From the NCBI GenBank assembly GCA_965153355.1, contig OZ231126.1, positions 46,624,001-46,688,000 of the forward strand: a DNA stretch of 64,000 nt, in the 5' to 3' direction. Shown here in pieces: positions 27,664 to 37,757 of this stretch (position 1 is its first letter; every line of letters starts with the position of its first letter). Origin of the DNA: Flaccisagitta enflata (lineage: Eukaryota). The notes under the pieces are model-generated. The model was not told where the DNA came from, searched no databases, and was given only the letters and a program-made list of their open reading frames with translations. The position numbers were made by a program, and so were the translations under genes.

Positions 27664-30600
27664 TCACTCAAAGTTCTTTCGCAGGTCATAGTAATCCCGC
27701 TTCCTCATGACGACGGCTGGCGGGTCGTGGCCGGGGGGGCGATGGACGTGGCCGCAGGCGCGGATTCCCTCCCAGTTGATGACCATGTGTTCTCCGATCG
27801 CCTTTTCCCATTCCCGAAGTCGGTCGTGGTGGCGGGCGACCCAGGAGGAGGCGTTGCAGACGATGAAGGCGCCTCTCGACCACACGCCGCAGGATTCTCC
27901 GGGAAGCGGTTCCGTGATGACCGGACCTGAAGCGAAGATGGTTCATCTAAATCTAACTGTTCTCCTAAGTCGAGTAAACTTAGGCTTAGATCTAGTTCTA
28001 AGTCTAACGGGTCAAAGCCTAATTCTTCTTCTAGATCTAACTCGACTAGTTCCTCTCTGTCTGTTCTAGGTTTTTCATTTGGTTCTGTCTGATCCTCAAT
28101 CGCTTCTAGGGTGGTATCTTCGTCATCGTTCTCTTCGAGATTCCCTTTTTTTAACTGATACAATTGATTGACTCTTTTTCTCTTTAATTTCCTTTTCTGC
28201 TGTCCTTCGTTCTCTTTCTCGTTTTTGTTCTTATCTTTGTTCTTTTCTTTGTTCTTTGCTTTGTTCTTTTCTTTGTTCTTTTCTTTGTTCTTTTCTTTGT
28301 TCTTCTCCTTCTTGTCCTCTGACGGCTCTATCGTCAACTTCTTCCGTTTTTTCTCTTCTTTTTCACCGTCTGAATTGTTTCTTTTTCTTTTCTGTTTTTC
28401 CTCGTCTGTTTTTTCTGTTTTTTCTTCGTCGGTTTTTTCTGTTTTTTCTTCATCGAGGAACTCGATTCTTCTTCTCTTTGACTCGATGTTTTCTTCTGCT
28501 TCTTCCTCATTTTTCTTTAGTTCTTCCGCCTTTCGTTTTTCTTCGAGTTCTTTTTCATATTTTTCTAGTTCTTCTTCAAAATTTCTAACCGGGCTGGCTG
28601 AGGCTGGATCAACTATTTGGACGGTATACCTTTTGCGGGGCAGAGGTAACCTCGGGAGAGAACGAGCGATTGCGTTTGTCTCCCGGATTTTCCTTGCCAG
28701 GGCAGTGTTGTGTGTTTTCTGCCATTCAATGTTTCTTTTGTTTGTTTCTTCTTTAGCTAGTGACTGTCTCAGATATATAATTCTTCCCTCTGTTTTTTCT
28801 ACCTCTTCATCTAGTTTCTTAGAGTGAGTAGCTAGCTGGTAGTTGTCAAGAAGTTTGCCTGACTTGGTGTAAATGGCCCCTGAATCGGCCTCCTGATCAA
28901 ATGGCCCCAAAGGGGAGATGTGGGTAAACTCGACATTGGGTCTGGTTAAGCCTGACTCTTCAATGGGTTTACCGGAGACGGGTAATGCGGCTCGACGGGC
29001 GTCTTCGGCAGCCTGTCGTCGGTCAGCGGCGTCGAGGGCGGTTCGGCGGCGGGCTGATCGCTTGCGATCCTCCTCCGCCAACCGTTTCGCCTGCTCGGAT
29101 TTGACGGACATGTTGGTGAAGTACTCGCTGGGGCGGTCGAAGTCGAGCTGTCGGCCGTCCCAGTTTTCCGCCGTCTTGACTTGAGCCTTTCGCCGGTGTG
29201 GATTGCAGCTGAGGATCTCGGAAGTCCGGTGTCCTTCGCGAAACGCGTAGTCGATGGTGGACGCCATTTGCTGCGGATTCAGACTTCCGTAAGGTCTCAA
29301 GGCCGCATCTTGCTGCAGAGCGATGTGGACTCGTCGGTCGAACTCGATCACCTTCTCGTCGACTTCTTTCTCGTTCATTCCGCGACCCAGCAAGGCTTGT
29401 CGGACGATGCCGCGATAAACATTCTGATTGGTTACATGAGGCAAAAAGGGGGGGGGGGGTTGTAAACATAAGTTGCTTCCCTGTCTCCTATTGCTCAGTT
29501 ACAAGTGTCCAAACAGGTGAAACATAATTCCAAGGTGATTTATAAACTGTTTTCCCGAATCCTACCACTAGTAAGCATGGTATTAAATTCATAGTTACTA
29601 GAAGAAAAGATCAGTAACAAATTGATATCCTAGGCTCACCCTAATCTTTCTGTCTTGAAGTTTGAGGGTGAACGCTTTATCGCGACGCGCTTGAGAGAGC
29701 CATTTGGGGACGCTCCACCCATGGGATCGCCAGAACTGAATGACTTCTGGGCCGATCTTCTTCTGCCACCGCTCGTTTAGCATCTCGGCTTCGGCGAGGG
29801 TCTTGCACGGCCTCACCTCAGAAAACATCGCGTTCTGTTCATCATGGGTGAGGGCCGCACGTTGGGACGGAGTGTGAGTGGGATGGGCTTCAAGTCCTCG
29901 GAACTCGAGAACTTTCTCCAGTTTGTCGATGTCGTCGTATTGCTCCCATTCTTCCTCGTCGATGTCATCCTCTGGATTGTTGCTGAACACTTGTTTGGCA
30001 ACGTCAACCAAGTCGGCTCGATCGTGGGCGCGATAGGAGATTTCCTTTCTTAGCTGTTTTCCTACAAGGGGAATTTGAGCCAATATTATTTGGTGTCATC
30101 ACCGTCCCCATGATAGAGTGAGAGAGAGAGAGAGAGCAGCGGAGGCGGCGTGGCTGTGCAAGGCTCGTCTGTAGACCTTGCCCGCTCCATGCTTCCTCCG
30201 CTGCTGATGATAAGACAACATTGACAGTGATAATCAGGCAGGTTGATTGTTTTGAATTAGTTATTACTAAACTATGCTAACCATTACTAAACTCTCGATT
30301 TCTAGCTATGCTAGCCATTACTAAACTCTCGATCTTTATCAGTTTTGTTGACTGAATTTGTTACCTGCTCGATCGATTTTGCAGGCATGCCTCTCGATGA
30401 AGTCCAGCGATTCAGGGATGTGGACATACACGGCTGGGAGCAAGACGTTAAATGTGTCCGCGATCGCCTTCCACTCTTCTTCAATGACCTCTTCGTCCTC
30501 TCTTCCCTTCTCCCTCTCTTCTTCCCTGTACCTTTCTCCCCCCGTTATCTTTGCCTCTTCCATCGTTTCCTTCCAATCTTTCTTCCTCTCCAACGCCTCT

Positions 30601-32036
30601 ATTCTGTCCCTAATACCTTGAACTTTCTCCCTTTCCCTCTTCTCCTGCTCTTCCTCACCCTTCTGCTTCTGCCTCATCCTTTCCGCTTCCTTCTGTCTTT
30701 CTCTTTCCGGCTTGTCTTCGGCGAATCTCTGCCTTCCTTCCTTTTCCGCTCTCTCCTTCGCCGCGTCGCGCAGCACGTGTCGTCGATGGGCGATGGCGTG
30801 GAATTTCTCCTCCACTTTCTTCAGTCTTAACTTATTCTCCTCCGCCTCCTTTTCTTCTTCAGGCAGAGCTGCCAACGCCGCCGATTCTTCCCTCATTCTC
30901 TTCAGTTTGTTTCTCCTTTTACGCTGGTTTCGGGTCAGCGGAGGAGGCATGGAGCGGGCGAGGGCTGCAGACGAGCCCTGCACAGCCACGCCTCCTCCAC
31001 TGCCCTCCACCGGCGGCCGAGGGGATGAGGAGCAAAGAGGAGGAGGAAGCGGCGGTGGCTCGACGGTCGACGAGGCGCTGGCGTCGGGTAGCCGGTTCAA
31101 CTTCTCCCGTAAGTCTTTAATGAAGACGTCGCATGGTCGAGAGGGCACAGCCTGTGCCCCGCCGAAGCGGGTCCCGTCCGGGCGCAAGCAGGCTGGCGTC
31201 TCGTTGGGAGAAGGGCAGCGCGGCGTCGAGATGGAAATGGGCGTCGCTGCGTCGATGCATCCCGCCAACATGGTGGACGCCAAAGAGACGTCCGTGGTCG
31301 ACGCGAGGGATGAAGTCGACGACGCCGGCGACGGATCAGGGGGAGGCATCATGAACGGCTGGAGATCGTGGCGGCGTTGAAGGGGGCGTCCTTTGGAGTA
31401 AGAGGAAAGGTTTTAGAGGCAAAAATATACATCGGGTGTAAGGCACGCGAGAAAATCGTCAACACAGTGGCTTACAAGAAAGATGACATCGAAAACGCAC
31501 TGAGAACAGGGTTCATATCGCTAATTATTCTTAAAGATTGCTTAACATGAGTGAATTGTGATTTATTAGGTGAAATGAGTGATTTCCTTGATCGTTAGGT
31601 TACAGGCTCGAATGACTCAGACACTGTGATTGTGGAAGGATCACATATTGATTAGTGGGAGTGACTTCTCACCTTTATGACGGAATGAGGGCACTTGACG
31701 CTGTGGCCGTGGTGGCGAATTGCGGCCCGTCAAGGCTTTGTGGCGGGGCACGCGGGGGGCTTTGAAGCCGTCCAAGGTTTGAGGCGGGAACATCACCGGT
31801 CTTTTCGCTTTGACCACCGGTTCCGCCGGCACTTCTTCCTCCGCTTCCGCCTCCTCGCCCGCGACGCTCTCCTTCAGCCAATCGTCCACCTGCTGGCGCT
31901 TATTCTCCCGTTGCTGTCGATGGTACGACCGCTCTTCATCTTGCTTCCTTTCGCTCTGGAATCGGTTGAAGCGGACTTCGTCCTCTTCGTCGTCGCTGAC
32001 CTGTCGGTCATGCATCGATCGATTTGGAGACGACAT
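27664..32036 (-). CDS. Accessory gene A: spliced, ~841-aa charged/proline-rich protein of unknown function. Exons 32036-31673, 31390-30365, 30061-29640, 29423-28973, 27926-27664; the last intron may be retained, giving a stop at 27705.
   Basis: Separate ORF-track ORFs (131, 337, 161, 579, 73 aa) join in frame at GT-AG sites with matching phases: AAG|gtgaga..ccaaag|GA, CAG|gtaaca..ttgtag|GA, AGG|gtgagc..aatcag|AAT, CCG|gtaaac..cttcag|GT. Exons are GC/CpG-rich and introns more AT-rich. No recognisable domain. Confidence 0.7.
31148..31195 (-). repeat. Structured 44-nt motif, copy 3 of 3 (inside a coding exon of accessory gene A)
   Basis: Same core with one loop substitution; translated as PACLRPDGTRFGGAQA. 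Confidence 0.85.
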
Positions 32037-32470
32037 GACGACAATAGCGGCGAAGGATAATCGAATTTCGCTTTCCGAAGATAATTCAGTTCAAAAATGG
32101 TTAACAATTTCTTCGTGGACGTATCGCACGGAATACACTCGTGACAATCACAGAGTGGGGAAGATAATTTCTTACTGAACCTGAGCACGAGGAAGCAAAC
32201 GAGTTTGTAATAGTTTATGTATAACAGTGGCGAGAAGAGAGAGGAAATAATGCAGCAATTCAATAATATCTATCCAACAATGTCTATTATGGTCAGTTGC
32301 AATCTCCGTCAACAGGCAATATCTGTTCTAACTGTCTAAGTTAACAAAAAATGCCAAAATTTATATCGAGCTTTTGATAATAATGGCATGTATCTAGATC
32401 GATCCCCCTCGTCATGGGATTTCACATGAGGGGTCGAAGTTGAAGGTGCGCCCAGCCGTTCTCTCAAAAT

Positions 32471-32699
32471 ATGCAAATTAGTGAACCGGAAGTGACAGCG
32501 GAAGTCGGACCGGAAGTGACGCGTTTCCGGCCACGCCTACTCCGCAGTCGAGGAAAGGGAGATTCTCATCGACGCTCTCCTCTCCTCCTCCCTGATTCTC
32601 GACTTCGACGCCATCTTGGATTACTCCGTCGACGGATTGATTTTCTCCTCCTCGCTCCCGGATCCGAAAGTGCTCGTCTTATTCGAGCTTTCTGATTGG
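32471..32699. promoter_or_regulatory. Candidate internal promoter/enhancer (octamer, tandem ETS sites, YY1, CCAAT)
   Basis: ATGCAAAT 32471-32478; CCGGAAGTG at 32486 and 32510, GCGGAAGT at ~32498, TTCCGG at 32525; CGCCATCTT 32609-32617; ATTGG 32695-32699; CpG-rich; lies between the pol stop and accessory gene A. Confidence 0.5.
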
Positions 32700-33314
32700 T
32701 TGACACGGCTTAGTCGAAATTGATTCTCCAAGCGTATTATCAAGAAAGTGATATCATGGGCTATTACATATGCGTTTCGTATATATGATTCAAAAAAGGG
32801 AAGAACTATAGTTTGAGCGCGTCTACTGGCCTCAGTGAACTACCATCGCTACTGTCGGCTATAGTGAATGACTAATTATGTAATTTTAATGTTCAGACAC
32901 AGATAACCAACTACCGGCAGTAACGAATATCTAAATAGTTCTATCTAACGATGAGGCAAAGATGAAACGTGTTGTTAGTTGTAACAAATGACTGAATGGT
33001 ACACTTTTCATTTGTCAGTTATGAATGACAGTGAAAACCCGGCAATAACGAATGGTTTTGGGTTACGTTTTGCGATGTCTTTAGTAATTAGTTGTACTAA
33101 TATTATTAACGTTCTCCAGTACAACTTAAATGAATTTTAAAAATTGACATCGGACTTATCCAGGGTTAGTAGTCTACAGAGTCTGCTATAGTGAACATTG
33201 TCGAATTCCTAAATGATTGTTGTCGTCGGGGACAGGATGAATGTTGTAACAAGTTTTTTTTAGAGCTTCGATCCTGTTTTCTCCCCCCGTGGAGGACGAA
33301 TTTATAATTCAAGT

Positions 33315-36300
33315 TCACATCTCCAGCAGGATCAAGCTTCTAATGGCGCGGTCGACGATGCGGCCATTGCTTAATCTCACTAGAAAGCGTCGTCCGTGAC
33401 TTTCGTCGGAATTGATGATGCGGGTTATCCGGCCCATAGGCCAATCCTCGCGCGCAGTTGCGATGTCCTCGACCAGGACAAGGTCCCCGGGTTTCACGAC
33501 TGTTGATGACTGCTTCGAACGTTTCAACAGCTGTTGGAGGTAGTTGGCGCGGAATTGCTCCCAAAAGGCGTCGAGCAGGTATTGACTGCAGCGGAATCCA
33601 TGGCGTAGAACCGACGTTTTCTCCGCCTGAGGAGGAAGAATGTGATTCATGGTTGAGGTAAACAAGTATGGGTACAGGAAATGAGCTGGTGTGAGTGCCA
33701 TGTCATCGTCCACATCTGCTGATACTGGGGTTAGCGGACGCCTATTCATTATCGCACTGGCTCCAGACAGAAGCGTCTCGAAATCCTCTAGATCTACATT
33801 CTTGCTACCTATCACTGACCTCAATAATTTCTTGCTAAGCCCTACCAACCTTTCCCAACTACCACCGTAGCTGCCACAATAAGCTGGGCCAAATGTCCAG
33901 GTAAGTTCTAACTTATCTAGTTCCTCACTGAGATTTTCTTTTTTCCAAGCTGCAACTGACTCTTTAATTTCCCTATCTGCACCTCGAAAATTCGTGCCAT
34001 TGTCTGAGAAAATGTGTTTGAGTGCGGGAAACTGGGAATGTATTTTCACCAAAGAGTTAATGATGCTTGAAGTGGTCATGTCTCTAAGTGGGACTAGAGT
34101 GATTGCTCGGGTGGACATGCAACACGCAATCAAGACAAATTGTTTGCGGGTGCCGCGCCCTGTGTGGCGCAAATGGAATGGGCCCAGGCAGTCTAGTGCA
34201 CAGTGGTAGAATGGGGGTACTATGGCCATCCTTTCTGCTGGTAAGTTTCCTTCCTTTTGGGTGGCTTTGTTTTTGGACAGTCTTTGACAGGTGATGCATT
34301 TACTTATGACACTCCGGACTGAATTTTTACCCCCTAGGATGAAATATTTGCCCCTCAGCAGTAGATGGGTTTGCATTATGGTGCAATGAAATTTCTTGTA
34401 ATGGGCTTGGTGGTAATGTCTGATGATGGATTGGACTATCTCATGTGAGCTATTGGGCAGGATAATAGGGAATCTGTGGTTGTAAGGGAGATATTCAGCT
34501 TTAGCTATTCTCCCCCCTGCCCGCATCACATTCGACTCATCCAAAAATGGGCATAGTTTGGCCAACTTAGAATTTTTGATATTCATGTCTTGAATGGAAT
34601 TTGGTGAAAATATTCCCAGTTTGATCAGGCTGAGTATTTCTCGCTCAAATTCTACATTCTGAAGGGCCCTAACTAGCATATTTTCTGCATCTTCTCTTTC
34701 TGAGTCACTTAGGTGAATGATGTACTTATCTGGTTTTTCTATTTTTGTTCTCAGCCTAGTACTCATTACACCCTGTTGTTTGTTTTTAACCCTTTCTCTT
34801 AATTTCAAAATCACACGCTTTATTATCGCTACCCGGCGAATCTTTGTTCTCCATTCTGAGAGCTTACTTGTTGCCTTCAGTGGCCATGGTGCGAAGTCGT
34901 GATTTTGTGCCTCCACGATCGGTTCTTCCGTTGACCCGTAAGCGGCGATGATATTGAGAGCGGCGACGTCAGCCACCAATTCCGCCGGATTTTTGTTTGT
35001 CGGATTGGGTCGAACCGGGGGCCACTGTGAAAGGGGTAAAGAGAGAAAGGGCGGGCCTTGATGAAAAATATGCCATTTTTTGGTATCATTGGCTTTAATT
35101 CCTTCGGACGCGAGGTCCGCAGGATTCATTAAGGTGGGGCAATGGCGCCATTCAGATAAAGGTGACAATGATCTGATACACTTGACGCGGAAATTTTCAA
35201 ACGTTCTGAACCTTTTCGTAAAATTATTTAGCCACCCTAAAACAGTGAGTGAATCCGAAAAGATAAAGATGTCCTCAAATTCTTCCCCTGCATCCCTGAC
35301 TAACGTATCTCTCCATTGGGCGGCCACTTTGGCCGCGCACAATTCTAGCCTGGGGATGCTGTCTGAATGTGGGATAGCCCCCTTAGTTGGGTTAAGCATC
35401 ATATTGGTCGGCACGACATGCGCCTTACCGACCAAAAAGGAAACACTAATTTTATCTTCAGCTCCTCTCTGGTAACGGCGTAGGTAACTACACATCCCGT
35501 AGCCGTCCTTTGAGGCGTCACAAAAAAGAACTAGCTGACAGACTGAATGTTCCATACCCAAGGGGTTGGTCCACCTGCTTATCTTAATTTTCTTTAAATG
35601 GACTATTGTCTGTTGCCATTTAACTACGTCATTTTTCATCTCAGGGGTGAGGGCAGTTTTCCAGGGAATAGTGTCAGAGCTAATTTTTTGAAACAATAGC
35701 TTTCCTGGTAAAAGCCAGGGGCTTACCAACCCTATTGGGTCATACACTGACGCCACAAAGCTAAGTAGGTCTCGCTTAGTAACTATTTCCCTGTCTGGTT
35801 TGGTCCCTACCCTGACATTCATGACATCTTCTTCGAATGAGTAGCCTAGACCTAATACCTTGTCGCTTAGATCGGACTCATTCAGAAATTCTTTAGCACA
35901 ACTTTCTGTGTACCCGTTATTTAGGATACTCACCAATTCCGACGGTGATAGTTGAGCTTCTTGTTCTTCATCATCTGGATCCCCATCTTCATCTTCATCT
36001 GGATCCGCATCTTCCACTGGGGGCGTCGACGGGGTTGGGGGAGGTGCGCGGTGCTCCCCCAGACCACAGGCGGGCTGGCGCGTGCCGCGCCCTCCCGGAC
36101 ATCCGTGACCGCCCTTCGATGGTTCTGCATTTGCGCTTTGGCCCTTTGCCGTCTCGACTTGTGCCGGAGTAGCGACCTCCACGTTGGCGTTATCTCTGTC
36201 AAGAGGGGTAAGGGAAAGAGAGGATGGTAAATCAAGGTCGGGAAAATTCGACTTCCACTTGCATATATCCATGCCCCCTAATTTAAGCACTGCAGTTATT

Positions 36301-37757
36301 TCTGATTTTATCCTCCTAGCTGTCTCTTTATCATCTGTACTCTCTAGCAAGTCATCCACGTACATGGCGTAGAGTAACGCCAAGTACGTGTCTACACTAA
36401 TCTTGTCCTTATGTGTTTCTGCGTGAAGCTTGAGGATAAAATTGGAGATGGTGGGTGATGAAGTCACGCCGAACATATGGCGCAAACTTTCAATCATTAC
36501 CACCTTCTCCATGGTCTCGTCAGACCACCAAGGATAGCGCAAGGCTGAGCGATCCCTAGGGTCTAACAATATCTGAAAAAAAAAGTTTGTGATATCCGCC
36601 GAAATGGTGTATCTTTTTCGGCGGAATCGCAAAATTACTTTTATTAGGCCATTCAAAATGTCAGGACCGCTAAACAAGTATTTATTCAAAAAATGAGGAC
36701 CGACTCTGGAAGCGGCGTCCTGACAAATCCGGAATTTTCCGGGTTTGTCAGGTTTAACTACAATATGATTTGGCAAATAACAGACAACATTTTCGGGGGG
36801 GGCGTCTAATGTGTCTATTATCCGCGCATGCCCCGCTTCCAGAGTCATCCTCATCTGTTTAAAGGATCCCTCTTTGAGGGTCGGGTTTAGTCTAAATTTG
36901 CGTTCCAGTTTTGAATGGCGGTTCATGGTCATTTTGTAAAAATCTATGGTTTTGAACAGGTCAGCGGTGGGTTGGCGCCCTAAACGCCATGGCATGGTGA
37001 TTTCCCACCTTCCTTCTTCTTCTACAAATCTAGCTGATTCCTGCATCATCTTTAAACTCTGTTCATCTTCAACTGATCTATGTGTCATCTCTTGAGGAAA
37101 TAGCTCGAAGTCCCTACAGATGAAATCCTGTCTGAACATTCTATTTATCATATTTGCCAGGGTGATGGTTTCAGCACTAATGGTCATGATGTTGTTAGCC
37201 TGAATATCATTTTCATCATCTTCCTCTTCATTGTCATTTAAAATTCTGGGGCCTATAATCGCATGGCCAAATTTTGTTCCCAGTGCTAAGGGCTCGTCAT
37301 GTTTGCCCAGGCGGTTATCTCCCGTGCAAAAATAATATGCGTACTTAGCATCAAGCAACAGATTAATTTCTTTATCTTCTAATTCACATATTTTCAGATC
37401 CTTTAAATGCTCAAAACAACTCAATTCGCTTTGGGTGGGGGGTTTTTCTGTTTCTGTAGATAATTGGCTACCAATAAGGGCGTTTTCTACTTTTATTTCA
37501 AAGGTGTTACTCAAATTAGTAACTTTGAAGGAAGTGATTTGTCTTGTAGCATTTGAGGAACTGTCAAAGGTGTTTAATTTAACTGAAATTGATTTTCTGG
37601 GTGCATTTAACTCATTGCAAAGTGACTCAGTTACGGCGCTTGTGTTAGCGCCGGTATCTATGAGTGCGTAAGTGGGGCGTCTTTTACCATTTACATGAAT
37701 CATCACAGGTACAATGGGCCTGGTGGCACCGTGACGCCCCACGAACGCAGCCCTCAG
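33315..37757 (-). CDS. pol: Bel/Pao Pol: aspartic protease, reverse transcriptase, RNase H, integrase; in frame with gag after a single TGA
   Basis: YALIDTGANTS (PR); KFRICQDAAS, ADITNFFFQI, FGVTSSP, YVDDLL (RT); LFCDAS, IPRLELCAA, FSDSLTVLGW, NPADLAS (Pao RNase H); CITCQR, LDCLGP, SDNGTNF, GGSWERLV (IN); FWEQF...PGDLVLV...WPMGRI (DUF5641-like). No internal stops. Confidence 0.97.
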   Translation of the reverse strand: MRAAFVGRHGATRPIVPVMIHVNGKRRPTYALIDTGANTSAVTESLCNELNAPRKSISVKLNTFDSSSNATRQITSFKVTNLSNTFEIKVENALIGSQLSTETEKPPTQSELSCFEHLKDLKICELEDKEINLLLDAKYAYYFCTGDNRLGKHDEPLALGTKFGHAIIGPRILNDNEEEDDENDIQANNIMTISAETITLANMINRMFRQDFICRDFELFPQEMTHRSVEDEQSLKMMQESARFVEEEGRWEITMPWRLGRQPTADLFKTIDFYKMTMNRHSKLERKFRLNPTLKEGSFKQMRMTLEAGHARIIDTLDAPPENVVCYLPNHIVVKPDKPGKFRICQDAASRVGPHFLNKYLFSGPDILNGLIKVILRFRRKRYTISADITNFFFQILLDPRDRSALRYPWWSDETMEKVVMIESLRHMFGVTSSPTISNFILKLHAETHKDKISVDTYLALLYAMYVDDLLESTDDKETARRIKSEITAVLKLGGMDICKWKSNFPDLDLPSSLSLTPLDRDNANVEVATPAQVETAKGQSANAEPSKGGHGCPGGRGTRQPACGLGEHRAPPPTPSTPPVEDADPDEDEDGDPDDEEQEAQLSPSELVSILNNGYTESCAKEFLNESDLSDKVLGLGYSFEEDVMNVRVGTKPDREIVTKRDLLSFVASVYDPIGLVSPWLLPGKLLFQKISSDTIPWKTALTPEMKNDVVKWQQTIVHLKKIKISRWTNPLGMEHSVCQLVLFCDASKDGYGMCSYLRRYQRGAEDKISVSFLVGKAHVVPTNMMLNPTKGAIPHSDSIPRLELCAAKVAAQWRDTLVRDAGEEFEDIFIFSDSLTVLGWLNNFTKRFRTFENFRVKCIRSLSPLSEWRHCPTLMNPADLASEGIKANDTKKWHIFHQGPPFLSLPLSQWPPVRPNPTNKNPAELVADVAALNIIAAYGSTEEPIVEAQNHDFAPWPLKATSKLSEWRTKIRRVAIIKRVILKLRERVKNKQQGVMSTRLRTKIEKPDKYIIHLSDSEREDAENMLVRALQNVEFEREILSLIKLGIFSPNSIQDMNIKNSKLAKLCPFLDESNVMRAGGRIAKAEYLPYNHRFPIILPNSSHEIVQSIIRHYHQAHYKKFHCTIMQTHLLLRGKYFILGGKNSVRSVISKCITCQRLSKNKATQKEGNLPAERMAIVPPFYHCALDCLGPFHLRHTGRGTRKQFVLIACCMSTRAITLVPLRDMTTSSIINSLVKIHSQFPALKHIFSDNGTNFRGADREIKESVAAWKKENLSEELDKLELTWTFGPAYCGSYGGSWERLVGLSKKLLRSVIGSKNVDLEDFETLLSGASAIMNRRPLTPVSADVDDDMALTPAHFLYPYLFTSTMNHILPPQAEKTSVLRHGFRCSQYLLDAFWEQFRANYLQQLLKRSKQSSTVVKPGDLVLVEDIATAREDWPMGRITRIINSDESHGRRFLVRLSNGRIVDRAIRSLILLEM

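Noticed and set aside
23803-33314. env gene in the post-pol region
   Set aside because: No ORF with a signal peptide, Cys-rich ectodomain and TM anchor. The hydrophobic plus-strand ORFs (e.g. 28168-28827) are antisense to K/E-rich sequence.
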